From Squalus acanthias (lineage: Eukaryota), in the NCBI GenBank assembly GCA_030390025.1, contig JASTWF010000123.1, positions 744,001-808,000 of the forward strand: a DNA stretch of 64,000 bases, in the 5' to 3' direction. How positions within the stretch are numbered: the stretch's first letter is position 1; each line of letters opens with the position of its first letter. A program made the position numbers and the translations under genes. The notes under the pieces are model-generated. The model did no database searches. It saw only the letters and a list, made by a program, of their open reading frames with translations, and was not told the DNA's origin. Of the stretch, positions 1 through 14,301 are shown one piece after another.

Positions 1-2614
1 GTCGTGTCTTCCCACAATTTCTGGTCCTGGGGTAGATTCCCCAAAGACTGGATTGGGGGATTCCGTCATACATGGCCCTGGGAATCACCCACAATATCAG
101 GTTCTGGTGTACATTCCCCCAATGCTTGTACTGAGGGAGGGGGTGTTGGTGATTCCCTCATACATGGGACTGGAAATATCCTCCAATATCTGATCCTGGT
201 GTGTATTCCTCCAATATCTGGTCCTGGTGTGTATTCCTCCAATATCTGCTCCTGGGTTGTATTCCCCCAGTATCTGGTCCTGTTGTGTATTCCCCCAGTA
301 TCTGTCCTGGTGTGTATTCCCCCAGTATCTGATCCTGGTGTGTATTCCTCCAATATCTGTTCCTGGGTTGTATTCCTCCAGTATCTGGTCCTGGTGTGTA
401 TTCCCCCAGTAGCTGGTCCTGTTGTGTATTCCCCCAGTATCTGTCCTGGTGTGTATTCCCCCAGTATCTGATCCTGGTGTGTATTCCTCCAATATCTGTT
501 CCTGGGTTGTATTCCTCCAGTATCTGGTGCTGGGGTGTTTTCCCTCAATATCTGTTCCTGGGTTGTATTCCTCCAATATCTGTTCCTGGGTTGTATTCCC
601 CCAGTATCTGGTCCTGGGTTGTATTCCTCCAGTATCTGGTCCTGGGGTGTATTCCCCCAATATCTGTTCCTGGGTTGTATTCCTCCAGTATCTGGTCCTG
701 GGTTGTATTCCTCCAGTATCTGGTCCTGGGGTGTATTCCCCCAGTCTCTGGTCCTGGTGTGTACTCCCCCAGTCTCTGGTCCTGGTGTGTTTTTCCCCAG
801 TATCTGGTCCTGGGTTGTATTCCCCCAGTATCTGGTCCTGAGGTGTATTCTTCCAGTATCTGGTCCTGGTGTGTATTCCCCCAGTACCTGGTCCTGGTGT
901 GTATTCCCCAATATCTGGTCCTGGTGTGTATTCCCCCAGTATCTGGTCCTGGAGTGTATTCCTCCAATATCTGGTCCTGGGGTGTATTCCCCCAGTATCT
1001 GGTCCTGGAGTGTATTCCTCCAATATCTGGTCATGCGGTATATTCCCCCAATATCTGGTTCTGGTGTGTATTCCCCCAGTATCAGGTCCTGGAGTGTATT
1101 CCTCCAATATCTGGTCCTGGGGTGTATTCCCCCAGTATCTGGTCCTGGTGTGTATTCCTCCAATATCTGTTCCTGGTGTGTATTCCTCCAATATCTGTTC
1201 CTGGGGTGTATTACCCCAATATCTGGTCTTGGGGTGTATTCCTCAATATCAGGTCCTGGGGTGTATTTCCCCAGTATCTGGTCCTGGGGTGTATTCCCCG
1301 AATATCTGGTCCTGGGGTGTATTCCTCAATATCTGGTCCTGGTGTGTATTCCTCCAATATCTGGTCCTGATGTGTATTCCCCCAGTATCTGGTCCTGGGG
1401 TGTATTTCCCCAATATCTGGTCCTGGAGTGTGTTCCCCCAGTATCTGGTCCTGGGGTGTATTCCCCCAGTATCTGGTCCTGGGGTGTATTTCCCCAATAT
1501 CTGGTCCTGGAGTGTGTTCCCCCAGTATCTGGTCCTGGGGTGTATTCCCACAGTATCTGGTCCTGGGTTGTATTCCCCCAGTATCTGGTCCTGGGGTGTA
1601 TTCCCCCAGTATCTGGTCCTGGGGTGTATTCCCCCAGTATCTGGTTCTGGGGTGTATTTCCCCAGTATCTGGTCCTGGTGTGTATTCCCCCTGTATCTGG
1701 TCCTGGGGTGTATTCCCCCAGTATCTGGTTCTGGGGTGTATTCTTCCAGTATCTGGTCCTGGGGTGTGTTCCCCCAGTATCTGGTCCTGGGGTGTGTTCC
1801 TCCAGTATCTGGTCCTGGAGTGTATTCCACTAATATCTGGTTCTGGGGTGTATTCCCCCAGGATCTGGTCCTGGTGTGTATTCCCCCAGTATCTGGTTCT
1901 GGGGTGTATTCCCCCAGTATCTGGTCCTGGAGTGTATTCCACTAATATCTGGTCCTGGGGTGTATTCCCCCAGTATCTGGTCCTGGAGTGTATTCCACTA
2001 ATATCTGGTTCTGGGGTGTATTCCCCCAGTATCTGGTCCTGGAGTGTATTCCACTAATATCTGGTTCTGGGGTGTATTCCCCCAGTATCTGGTTCTGGGG
2101 TGTATTTTCCTAGTATCTGGTCCTGGGGTGTTTTCCACTAATATCTGGTTCTGGGGTGTATTCCCCCAGTATCTGGTTCTGGGGTGTATTCCACTAATAT
2201 CTGGTTCTGGGGTGTATTCCCCCAGTATCTGGTTCTGGGGTGTATTTTCCCAGTATCTGGTGCTGGTGTGTATTCCACTAATATCTGGTTCTGGGGTGTT
2301 TTCCCCCAGTATCTGGTCCTGGGGTGTCTTCACCCAGTATCTGGTCCTGGGGTGTATTCCCCCAGTATCTGGTCCTAGGGTGTATTCCACTAATATCTGG
2401 TTCTTGGTTGTATTCCCCCCAAAACTGGACTTGGGTGATTCTCTCATACGTGGTCTTGGGAATCACCTCCATTATCAGGTTCTGGGTTGCATTCCCCCAA
2501 TGCTTGGGGGAGGGGGGATGGGCGGAATACTTCATACATGCAACTGGGAATCTTGCCCAATATCTGGCCGTGGGGTCTATTCCCCCAGTATTTGGTCCTG
2601 GGTGTTATCCGTTC

Positions 2615-3527
2615 CCTAGCCACCGGCTCCATCCTCGCTATTGCCTGAGGCTGAACCAGACCGTTTGCAACCTTGGCGTCCTATTTGATCCTGTGATGAG
2701 CTTCCGACCCCATATCCGCTCCATCACCAAGACCGCCTATTTCCACCTCCATAACATTGCTCATCTCTGTCCCAGCCTCAACTCATCTGCTGCTGAAACC
2801 GTTATCCATGCATTTGTCAGCTCTAGACTCGACTATTCCAATGCTCTCCCGGCCAGCCTCCCACCTTGCACACTCCGCAATGTTGAGCTTATCCAAAACT
2901 CTGCTGTCCATGTCCTAACTCGCACCAAGTCCCGTTCACCCAACACCCCTGTGTTCTCGCTGACCTACATTGGCTCCCGGTTCGGCAAGCCTCGATTTTA
3001 AAATTCTCAATCTGGTTTTCAAATCCCTCATTCCTACATTACAGCAGTGACTACAATTCAAAAGTACTTCATTGCATGTAAAGCGCTTTGGGACGTCCTG
3101 AGGTCATGAAAGGTGCTATATAAATGTAAGTCTTTCTTTCCATGGCCTCGCCACTCCCTATCTCTGTAACCTCCTCCAACCCAACAACCCTCCGAGATCT
3201 CTGCACTCCTCCAATTCTGGCCTCTTGCGCAGCCCTGATTTTAATCACTCCACCATTGGCAGCCGTGCCTTCAGCTGCCTGGGCCCCAAGCTCTGGAATT
3301 CCCTCCCTAATCCTCTCCGCCTCTTTATCTCTCTCTCCTCCTTTAAGACGCTCCATAAAACCTACCTCTTTGACCAAGCTTGTGGTTACCTGTCCTAATA
3401 TCTCCTTATGTGGCTCGGTGTCAAATTTTACCCATCTTACCCTCCCGTCGTCTTACACTCCTGTGAAACGCCTTGGGACGTTTTACTACGTTAATGGTGC
3501 TATATAAATACAAGTTGTTGTTGTTGA
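2615..3527 (+). mobile_element. L2-type LINE 3' fragment, with a short SINE tail inserted at about 3031-3140
   Basis: Translation CLRLNQTVCNLGVLFDP...SSRLDYSNAL matches the C-terminal part of L2 ORF2. Ends GCTATATAAATACAAG(TTG)n. Confidence 0.85.
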
Positions 3528-3754
3528 TAGATAAAGGTGTGTATTTGTATACAAAGGGAAGAGTTTAAAATGTGTTGAGATGACTATTCCACCCATTCGG
3601 ATGACCCCTGATGCAGTGCAGTAAGGTAATGGGAACCGCACTGTTGTGTGTAATACAAATGGACAATGAGAGGTCTGATTGAAAACAGCCTGCGGTACAG
3701 AGACTCACATGGACACAGAGAGTGAGAGACTAACGCTGACTGAAGCACAGTGAC

Positions 3755-4210
3755 ATGTGAAACTCCCCGTCTGTGAAACTCCCCCCCCGTGAAACTCCAG
3801 CCCCTGTGAAAACCCCTCCACGTGAAACAGCCCCCCATGAAACACCCCCTGTAAACCTCCCGCCACCCCGTGAACCCCCTCCACACCCCCGCCATGAAAC
3901 CCCTCCTGCCCCCTCTCTTCCTATCCCCACAACATCCTGCGCTGGGACAGAAGCTGGCACTGACAGGCTGGCTACACTGTGTACAAACAGACTGCCTCCC
4001 TTTCCCCGCTCCCTCTGCACCCCTCCCTGCCTCTCCCCCCTCACTCTCTCCCTCCTCCCTCCCTTCTTGTGCCTCCTCGCTCCCTCTGCCCACTCTCTCT
4101 CTCTATCCCTCTCCCACTCCCTCCCTCCCCCCTTCTCCATCCCCCCCCCCTCTCCACCTCTCTCCCTCACTTACTCTCCCCCCTCATCTCCCTCCCCACC
4201 CCACCCTGCA
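3755..4210. repeat. GTGAAAC-(C)n repeat followed by a CT-rich polypyrimidine tract
   Basis: Repeated GTGAAAC motifs, then a CT-rich tract. Paralogous to 8105-8750 and 14950-15240. Confidence 0.8.
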
Positions 4211-4837
4211 CAGGGACAGAAGCTGGCACTCACAGGCTGGCTGCACAAACAGACTGCCTGGGCCATCGGCTGACAGGAGAGAAACAAATAACACACAACA
4301 GGAAGCAGAGGCCCAGGCGGTTATTTGCGAGCGATAGAGTGTGTAAAATTATACTGGAGGACTGAGGACTGAGGGCCTCGGCATTCACTCACTGACTGAG
4401 AGGGAGAGAAAGAGCTGGCCAGTGTCGGGAGCTGACACAGATTGCTGCACAGGTGCGGAGCCCAGTGACACGGTGAGGTAGCCATTTATTCCTCTTATAC
4501 TGAATTTGAAAATGGGTGAATTGTGGGGGTGGGAGGGGGTCTGGTTGCTCAGCAACAGATGCTGTCGCCTGGGAAACGATGCAGTAGCTGCCTGTCACAC
4601 ACGCTGCTGTGATCGACAGAAGGAGAGTATTAGAGAGTGGGAGAGAGGAGAAAATAGAGGGGAGGAGTGTGTTATAAAGTGGGAGAGAGAGAGGGAGTAT
4701 TCGAGGGGAGGAGTGTGTTATAAAGTGGGAGAGAGAGCGAGCATAAGAGGAAGTAGATTGAATGATGATATTATAGAGTGGAAGAGAGAGAGAGGGGGAA
4801 GGGTATTCTATTGGGAGATATACCCCACTGGATTGCA

Positions 4838-5090
4838 TTATGATTGATTCACCACTATATTGTATTATGATTGATTCACCACTATATTGTGTTATGATTG
4901 TTCCACCAGTACGTTATATTATGATTGATTCACCACCATATTGTGTGATAACTGATCCACCAGTACATTATATTATAATTGATCCACCACTATATTGTGT
5001 TATGATTGATCCACCAGTACGTTATATTATGATTGAGCCACCACTATATTGTGTTATGATTGATCCACCAGTACATTATATTATGATTGA
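4838..5090. repeat. 27-bp AT-rich minisatellite (TGATTGATCCACCACTATATTGTATTA), about 9 copies
   Basis: Direct tandem repeat that gives the MIDPPLYCV ORF. Shorter paralogs at about 9050-9125 and 15530-15610. Confidence 0.9.
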
Positions 5091-6311
5091 TACACGGGGG
5101 ATGCTCTCATACAGGGGACTGGGAATCTCCCAAATATCTGGTCCTGAGATCTATTCCCCCAATGACTGTACTTCGGGTGATTCCCACATACATGGGATTG
5201 GGAATTTCCCCCGATATCTGGTCCTGGGGCATATTCCCCCAACAGTTGGTCCTGGGGTGTATTTCCTCCATTAACTGTACTGGGGGAATATCCTCATACA
5301 TGTGACTGGCAATCTTCCCCATTATCTGGCCCTGGGAAGTATTTCCCCAGCATCTGGTCCTGGGGTGTATTCCTCCAGCATCTGGTCCTGGGGTGTATTC
5401 CTCCAATATCTGTTCCTGGAGTATATTCCCCAATATCTGGCCCTGGGGTGTATTCCCCCAGTATCTGGTCCTGGGGTATATTCCCCAATATCTGGTCCTG
5501 GGGTGTATTCCCCAATATCTGGTCCTGGGTTCTGGTGTGGATTCCCCCACTATCAGCTTATGGGATGCATTCCCCCAATGCATGTACTGGGTGAGAGGGA
5601 GGGTGAATCCCTCATACAAGGGACTGGAAATATCCCCCAATATTTGGTCCTGCGTATATTCCCCCAATATCTGGTCCTGAATATCTCTCCCAATTTCTGG
5701 TCCTGGGATGTATTCCCCCAAATACTGTAATTGGGGGGAATTCCTTCATACCTGGGACTAGGAATCTCCCCCATTATCTGGTGCTGGTGTGTATTCCCCC
5801 AGTGACTGTACCTCAAAGCTCTCCCTCATACATGGGACTCTGAATCCCCCCTCCGCCGCTAGTATCTCATACTGGGGTGTATTCGCCCAATGTATGTGCT
5901 TGTGGGGAAATTCCCTCATTTATGCAAATGGAATCCTTCCCCAATATCTGTTCCTGGGGTGTATTTCCCCAATATCTGGTCCTGGGGTGTATTCCCCAAT
6001 ATCTGTTCCTGGGATGTATTCCCCAATATCTGTTCCTGAGACGTTCTCCCCAATGACTCTCCGTCATGGGATTCCCTCTTCTATGGGACTGAGAATCACC
6101 CACACTATCTGGTCCTGGGGTGTATTCCTAATGACTGTACCTTGAGCGGGACCCTCATACGTGGGAACTTGAATTCCACCCCCCGCACCGCCCACGCCGC
6201 AGTGTTGCGTCCGAGGGTGTATTCCTCTATTTAATATGCTTGTGGGGGAATTCCCTCATACATGCACCTGGGAACCTCCCACAATATCTGGTCCTGGGAT
6301 ATATTACCCCA

Positions 6312-7620
6312 GTACCAAACTGCTGACCACCCAACTTCCTTTTCTGGCTCCCATGTTAGCTGACATTGTTCTCTCTCCTCAGGTACTGTCCCCCCTCCCT
6401 CAAATCTGCCGTCATCACCCCTCTCTTCAAAACCTTGAACATGTTGTCGCCTCCCAAATCCGTGCCCATCTTTCCCACAATTCCATGTTTGAATCCCTCC
6501 AATCAGGTTTCTGCCCTTGCCACAGTACCGAAACAGCTCTCATCAAAGTCACAACTGACATCCTTTGTGACTGTGACAAAGGTAAACTATCCCTTCTCAT
6601 CCTCTTGACCTGTCTGCAGCCTTTGACACGGTTCACCACTCCATCCTTCTCCAACGCCTCTCCACCGTCATCCAGCTGGGTGGGACTGCACTCGCCTGGT
6701 TCCATTCTTATCTAATCGTAGCCAGAGAATCAATTGCAATGGATTCTCTTCCTGCTCCCGCATCATTACCTCTGGTGTCCCCCAAGGATCTGTTCTTGGT
6801 CCCCTCCTATTTCTCATCTACATGTTGCCCCTTGGCGACATCATCGGAAAGCACAGCGTCAGTTTCCACATGTACGCTGACGACACCCAGCTCTACCTCA
6901 CGACCACTTCTCTCGACCCCTCCAATGTCTCTAAATTGTCAGACTGCTTGTCCGACATCCAGTTCTGGATGAGCAGAAATTTTCTCCAATTAAATATTGG
7001 GAAGACCGAAGCCATTGTTTTTAGTCCCCACCACAAACTCCGTTCTCCAGCCACTGACTCCATCCCTCTACCTAACATCTGTCTGAGGCTGAACCACACT
7101 GTTTGCAACCTTGGTGTCATATTTGACCCTGAAATGAGCTTCCGACAACATATCCGCAGCATAACTAAAACCGCCTATTTCCACTTCCGTAACGTTACCG
7201 GTCTCCGCCCTTGCCTCAGCTCATCCTCTGCTGAAACCCTCATCCATGTCTTTGTTACCTCTGGATTTGACTACTCCAACGCACTCCTGGCTAGCCTCCC
7301 ACATTCTACCCTACATAAACCTGAGGTCATCCAAAACTCGGCTGCCCGTGTCCTAACTCACACCAAGTCCCGTTCACCCATCACCCCTGTGCTCGCTGAC
7401 GTACATTGGCTCCCGGTTAAGCAGCGCCTCGATTTCAAAATTCTCATCCTTGTTTCCAAAACCCTCCATGGCCCCGCCCCTTCCTATCTCTGTAATCTCC
7501 TTCAGCCCCACAACCCCCCGAGATATCTGCGCTCCTCTAATTCTGCCCTCTTGAGCATCCCTGATTATAATCGCTCCAGCATTGGTGGTCGTGCCTTCTG
7601 TTGCCTCGGCCCTAAGCACT
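6312..7620 (+). mobile_element. L2-type LINE reverse transcriptase fragment (degenerate)
   Basis: Motifs QSGF.PCHSTETAL, GVPQGS.LGP and FHMYADDTQLY (ORF 6822-7622), with frameshifts upstream. Confidence 0.92.
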
Positions 7621-7807
7621 AGTCCTTGGGTGTAATCCCCCAGTGTTTGATGCTGTGGTGTATTCCTCAATATCTGGTCCTGTGGTGTATTCCCCCAGTA
7701 TCTGGTTCTGGGGTGTATTCCTCCACTGTTTGCGGGGGGGAGGAGGTGGGAATGTGGAGGAGGTGGAATTCCCTCATATGGGACTGGGAAACTCCAATAG
7801 CTGGTCC

Positions 7808-8100
7808 AACAACAGCAACAACAACTACTTGTATTTATATAGCGCTTTTAACGTAGTAAAACGTCACAAGGTGCTTCACAGGAGCGTTATCAAACAAAAT
7901 TTGACATCGAGCCACATAAGGAGATATTAGCCGTCTTACAGGAGGAAAGAGAGATAGAGAGGCGGAGAGGTTTAGGGAGGGAATTCCAGAGCTTAGGGTC
8001 TCGGCAGCTGAAGCACGGCCGCTAATGGAGGAGCGACTAAATGCGCAACAGGCCAGACTTGGACAAACGTAGAGATCTCGGAGGGTGGTAGGGCTGGATG
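7808..8100 (-). mobile_element. L2 3' tail fragment, antisense
   Basis: Reverse complement of the L2 3' end seen at 3141-3527. Duplicated at about 14683-14950. Confidence 0.75.
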
Positions 8101-9989
8101 TCTCGGTGAAACTTCACCCTGTGAAACGTCCTCCCCTTGTGAAACTCCCCGCTCTGAAACTCACCCGCCCCCACGCCCAGTGAAATACACCCCCTGTGAA
8201 ACTGGCCCCCTGTAAAACTCCCCCTTGTGAAACTCTGCCCCCCCCCCACCACCGTGTAAAGCTCCCCTCCTGTGAAACTCCCCACTGTGAAACTCTGGTC
8301 CGTTTGAGATTCTCTCCCCCCACCGCCCCCCGTGAAATTCCCCCATGTGTACAAACCGACTTCCTCCCTTCCTCTCTCCCCATCCCACCCTGTACTGGGA
8401 TGGAAGCTGTTTACAAACAGATTCCTCCTTACCTTCCTCACTCACTCACCCCATCCTGCACAGGGAGGGAACCAGTGCACAAATTAACTCCCTCCCTCTC
8501 TCTCCCCCTCTCTCCCTGCCTCCTCCCTCCTTCTCACCCGCCTCCTCGCTCCCTGTCTCCCTGCATCCTCTCCCACTCCCTCCTCCTCCCCCCCTCTCTC
8601 CTTCCCTCTCTCCTCGCTCCCCACCCCACCCTGCACAGGGACAGAAGCTGGGATTCACAGGCTGGCTGCACTTTGTACAAACAGAGAACCTCCCTCCCTC
8701 TCCCCCCTTCTCTCCCTCCCTCTCTCCTCGCTCCCCGCCCCACCCTGCACAGGGACTGAAGCTGGGATTCACAGACTGGCTGCACTTTGTACAAACAGAC
8801 CGCCTGGGCAATCAGCTGACAGGAGAGAAGCAAAAAGCACAAAACAGGAAGCAGATGCCCAGGCCGTTGTTTGCGAGCGATGGAGTGTGTAAAATCATAC
8901 AGCAACAGATGCTGTTGCCTGGGAAACGATGCTGTAGCTGCCTGTCACTCTCGCTGCTGTGATAGATGGAAGGAGACTATTAAAGATTGGAAGAGAGAGT
9001 CAGAGTGAAGGCTATTATATCGGGATATATACCCCACTATGTTGTATCATGATTCTTCCACTACTATATTATGATTGATCCACCTGTGTATTGTATTATG
9101 ATTAATCCACCATATATTGTATTGAAATGTATCCAAGTATATTCCGTTGAATTGTGGAACCTATTTGCATTACTGGAGGGGGTGGAATTCCCTCATACAT
9201 GGGAATGGGAATCGCCTCCAATATCTGGCCTGGGGTGTAGTCCCCAGATATCTGGTCCTGGGGTGTAGTTCCACAATATCTGGTCCTGGGGTGTCTTCCC
9301 CAATATCTGGTCCTGGGGTGTATTACCCCAATATCTGGTCCTGCGGTGTATTACCCCAGTAGCTGGTCCTGGGGTGTATTCCTCAATATCTGGTCCTGGG
9401 GTGTATTCCCCCAGTATCTGTTCCTGGGGTGTATTACCCCAGTAGCTGGTCCTTGGGTGTATTCCCCCAGTAGCTGGTCCTGGGGTGTATTCCTCAATAT
9501 CTGGTCCTGGGGTGTATTACCCCAGTAGCTGGTCCTGGGGTGTATTCCCCAATATCTGGTCCAGGGGTGTATTCCCCCAGTAGCTGGTCCTGGGGTGTAT
9601 TCCTCAATATCTGGTCCTAGGGTGTATTCCCCCAGTATCTGGTCCTGGGGTGTATTACCCCAATATCTGGTCCAGGGGTGTATTCCCCCAGTAGCTGGTC
9701 CTGGGGTGTATTCCTCAATATCTGGTCCTGGGGTGTATTCCCCCAGTAGCTGGCCCGGGGGTATATTCCCCAATATCTGGTCCAGGGGTGTATTCCCCCA
9801 GTAGCTGGTCCTGGGGTGTATTACCCCAATATCTGGTCCAGGGGTGTATTCCCCCAGTAGCTGGTCCTGGGGTGTATTCCCCAATATCTGGTCCTGGGGT
9901 GTATTCCCCCAGTAGCTGGTCCTGGGGTGTATTCCCCCAGTACTGATCCTGGGGTGTATTCCCCCAATATCTGTCCCTGGGGTGTATTC

Positions 9990-12387
9990 CCCAATATCTG
10001 CTCCTGGGTTCTGGTGTGGATTCCCCCACTATCAGCTTCTGGGATGCATTCCCCCAATGCATGTACTGGGTGAGAGGGAGGGTGAATTCTTCATACATGG
10101 GACTGGAAATCTCCCCCAATATATGGTTCTGGTAAGATTCCCCCACTATCAGCTTCTGGGATGCATTCTCCCAATGCATGTATTGGGTGAGACTGAGGGT
10201 GAATCCCTCATACAAGGGACTGGGAATATCCCCAATATTTGGTCCTGGGGTCTATTCCCCCAATATCTGTTCCTGGGACGTACTATTCAATGTCTCTCCT
10301 TCTGGGGATTCCCTCTTCTATGGGACTGAGAATCACCCACAATATCTGATCCTAGGATGTATTCCCCCAAATACTGTAATTGGGGGGAATTCTTCATACC
10401 TCGGACGAGGAATCTCCCCCATTATCTGTTCCTGGAGTGTATTCCCGCAGCATCTGGTCCTGATGTGTATTTCCCCAATATGTGGCTCTGAGGTGTATTC
10501 CCCAATATCTGGACCTGGGGTGTATTCCCCCAATATCTGGTCCTGGAGTGTATTACCCCAGTAACTGGTCCTGGGGTGTATTCCCCCAGTACTGGTCCTG
10601 GTGTGTATTCCCCCAATATCTGGTCCTGGGTTCTGGTGTGGTTTCCCCCACTATCAACTTCTGGGATGCATTCCCCCAATGCGTGTACTGGGTGAGAGAG
10701 AGGGTGAATTTTTCATTCATGGGACTGCAAATTTCCCCCAGTATATGGTTCTGGTAAGATTCCCCCACTATCAGCTTCTGGGATGCATTCCCCCAATGCA
10801 TGTACTGGGTGAGAGGGAGGGCGAATCCCTCATACAAGGGACTGGGAACATCCCCCAATATTTGGTCCTGCGTATATTCCCCCAATATCTGGTCCTGAAT
10901 ATCTCTCTCATTATCTGGTGCTGGTGTGTATTCCCCCAGTGACTATACCTCGAAGCTCTCCCTCATACATGGGACTCTGAATCCCCCCTCCGCCGCTAGT
11001 ATCTCATACTGGGTTGTATTCGCCCAATGTATGTGCTTGTGGGGAAATTCCCTCATTTATGCAAATGGAATCCTCCCCCAATATCTGGTCCTGGGGTGTA
11101 TTCCCCCAATATCTGTTCCTGGGATGTATTCCCCCAATATCTGGTCCTAGGGTGTTTTCCCCCAATATCTGTTCCTGGGATGTATTGCCCCAATATCTGC
11201 TCCTGGGTTCTGGTGTGGATTCCCCCACTATCAGCTTCTGGGATGCATTCCCCCAATGCATGTACTGGGTGAGAGGGAGGGTGAATTCTTCATACATGGG
11301 ACTGGAAATCTCCCCCAATATATGGTTCTGGTAAGATTCCCCCACTATCAGCTTCTGGGATGCATTCTCCCAATGCATGTATTGGGTGAGACTGAGGGTG
11401 AATCCCTCATACAAGGGACTGGGAATATCCCCAATATTTGGTCCTGGGGTCTATTCCCCCAATATCTGTTCCTGGGACGTACTATTCAATGTCTCTCCTT
11501 CTGGGGATTCCCTCTTCTATGGGACTGAGAATCACCCACAATATCTGATCCTAGGATGTATTCCCCCAAATACTGTAATTGGGGGGAATTCTTCATACCT
11601 CGGACGAGGAATCTCCCCCATTATCTGTTCCTGGAGTGTATTCCCGCAGCATCTGGTCCTGACGTGTATTTCCCCAATATGTGGCTCTGAGGTGTATTCC
11701 CCAATATCTGGACCTGGGGTGTATTCCCCCAATATCTGGTCCTGGAGTGTATTACCCCAGTAACTGGTCCTGGGGTGTATTCCCCCAGTACTGGTCCTGG
11801 TGTGTATTCCCCCAATATCTGGTCCTGGGTTCTGGTGTGGTTTCCCCCACTATCAACTTCTGGGATGCATTCCCCCAATGCGTGTACTGGGTGAGAGAGA
11901 GGGTGAATTTTTCATTCATGGGACTGCAAATTTCCCCCAGTATATGGTTCTGGTAAGATTCCCCCACTATCAGCTTCTGGGATGCATTCCCCCAATGCAT
12001 GTACTGGGTGAGAGGGAGGGCGAATCCCTCATACAAGGGACTGGGAACATCCCCCAATATTTGGTCCTGCGTATATTCCCCCAATATCTGGTCCTGAATA
12101 TCTCTCTCATTATCTGGTGCTGGTGTGTATTCCCCCAGTGACTATACCTCGAAGCTCTCCCTCATACATGGGACTCTGAATCCCCCCTCCGCCGCTAGTA
12201 TCTCATACTGGGTTGTATTCGCCCAATGTATGTGCTTGTGGGGAAATTCCCTCATTTATGCAAATGGAATCCTCCCCCAATATCTGGTCCTGGGGTGTAT
12301 TCCCCCAATATCTGTTCCTGGGATGTATTCCCCCAATATCTGGTCCTAGGGTGTTTTCCCCCAATATCTGTTCCTGGGATGTATTGC
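9990..12387. repeat. Near-perfect 1199-bp tandem duplication
   Basis: Essentially identical ORFs are offset by 1199 bp (10178/11377, 10482/11681, 10926/12125). Confidence 0.93.
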
Positions 12388-12992
12388 CCCAATATCTGGT
12401 CCTGGGGTGTATTCCCCCAATATCTGTTCCTGGGATGTATTGCCCCAATATCTGGTCCTGGGGTGTATTCCCCAATATCTGGTCCTGGAGTGTATTCCCC
12501 AATATCTGGTCCTGGGGTGTTTTCCCCCAATATCTGTTCCTGGGATGTATTGCCCCAATATCTGGTCCTGGGGTGTATTCCCCAATATCTGGTCCTGGGG
12601 TGTATTCCCCAATATCTGGTCCTGGGGTGTATTCCCCAATATCTGGTCCTGGAGTGTATTCCCCAATATCTGGTCCTGGAGTGTATTCCCCAATATCTGG
12701 TCCTGGGACGTACTCCCCAATGACTCTCCTTCGGGGGATTCCCTCTTCTATGGGACTGAGAATCACCCACAACATCTGGCCCTGTGGTGTATTCCCAATG
12801 ACTGTACCTCGAGCGGTACCCTCATACGTGGGAATTTGAATTCCACCGCTGCCACCCCCACCCCCGCACTGCCCACGCCGCAATATTGCGTCCGAGGGTG
12901 TATTCCTCTATTTAATATGTTTGTGGGGGAATTCCCTCATACATGCACCTGGGAACCTCCCACAATATCTGGTCCTGGGATATATTACCCCA

Positions 12993-14301
12993 GTACCAAA
13001 CTGCTGACCACCCAACTTCCTTTTCTGGCTCCCATGTTAGCTGACATTGTTCTCTCTCCTCAGGTACTGTCCCCCCTCCCTCAAATCTGCCGTCATCACC
13101 CCTCTCCTCAAAACCTTGAACATGTTGTCGCCTCCCAAATCCGTGCCCATCTTTCCCACAATTCCATGTTTGAATCCCTCCAATCAGGTTTCCGCCCTTG
13201 CCACAGTACCGAAACGGCTCTCATCAAAGTCACAACTGACATCCTTTGTGACTGTGACAAAGGTAAACTATCTCTTCTCATCATCTTGACCTGTCTGCAG
13301 CCTTTGACACAGTTCACCACTCCATCCTTCTCCAACGCCTCTCTACCGTCATCCAGCTGGGTGGGACTGCACGCGCCTGGTTCCATTCTTATCTAATCGT
13401 AGCCAGAGAATCAATTGCAATGGATTCTTTTCCGGCTCCCGCATCGTTACCTCTGGTGTCCCCCAAGGATCTATTCTTGGTCCCCTCCTATTTCTCATCT
13501 ACATGTTGCCCCTTGGCGACATCATCGGAAAGCACAGCGTCAGTTTCCACATGTACGCTGACGACACCCAGCTCTACCTCATGACCACTTCTCTCGACCC
13601 CTCCAATGTCTCTAAATTTTCAGACTGCTTGTCCGACATCCAGTTCTGGATGAGCAGAAATTTTCTCCAATTAAATATTGGGAAGACCGAAGCCATTGTT
13701 TTTAGTCCCCACCACAAACTCCGTTCTCCAGCCACTGACTCCATCCCTCTCCCTAACATCTGTCTGAGGCTGAACCACACTGTTTGCAACCTTGGTGTCA
13801 TATTTGACCCTGAAATGAGCTTCCGACAACATATCCGCAGCATAACTAAAACCGCCTATTTCCACTTTCATAACATTGCCCGTCTCCGCCCTTGCCTCAG
13901 CTCATCCTCTGCTGAAACCCTCATCCATGTCTTTGTTACCTCTGGATTTGAGTATTCCAACGCACTCCTGGCTGGCCTCCCACATTCTACCCTACATAAA
14001 CCTGAGGTCATCCAAAACTCGGCTGCCCGTGTCCTAACTCACACCAAGTCCCGTTCACCCATCACCCCTGTGCTCACTGACGTACATTGGCTCCCGGCTA
14101 AGCAGCGCCTCGATTTCAAAATTCTCATCCTTGTTTCCAAAACCCTCCATGGCCTCGCCCCTTCCTATCTCTGTAATCTCCTTCTGCCCCACAACCCCCC
14201 GAGATATCTGCCCTCCTCTAATTCTGCCCTCTTGAGCATCCCTGATTATAATCGCTCCAGCATTGGTGGTCGTGCCTTCTGTTGCCTAGGCCCTAAGCAC
14301 T
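12993..14301 (+). mobile_element. L2-type LINE RT fragment, duplicate of 6312-7620
   Basis: ORF 13503-14303 is nearly identical to 6822-7622 (offset 6681) and has the same breakpoints and flanks. Confidence 0.92.

Noticed and set aside
180-2420. 28-bp palindromic repeats resembling a CRISPR array
   Set aside because: There are no unique spacers or cas genes, and the context is vertebrate.
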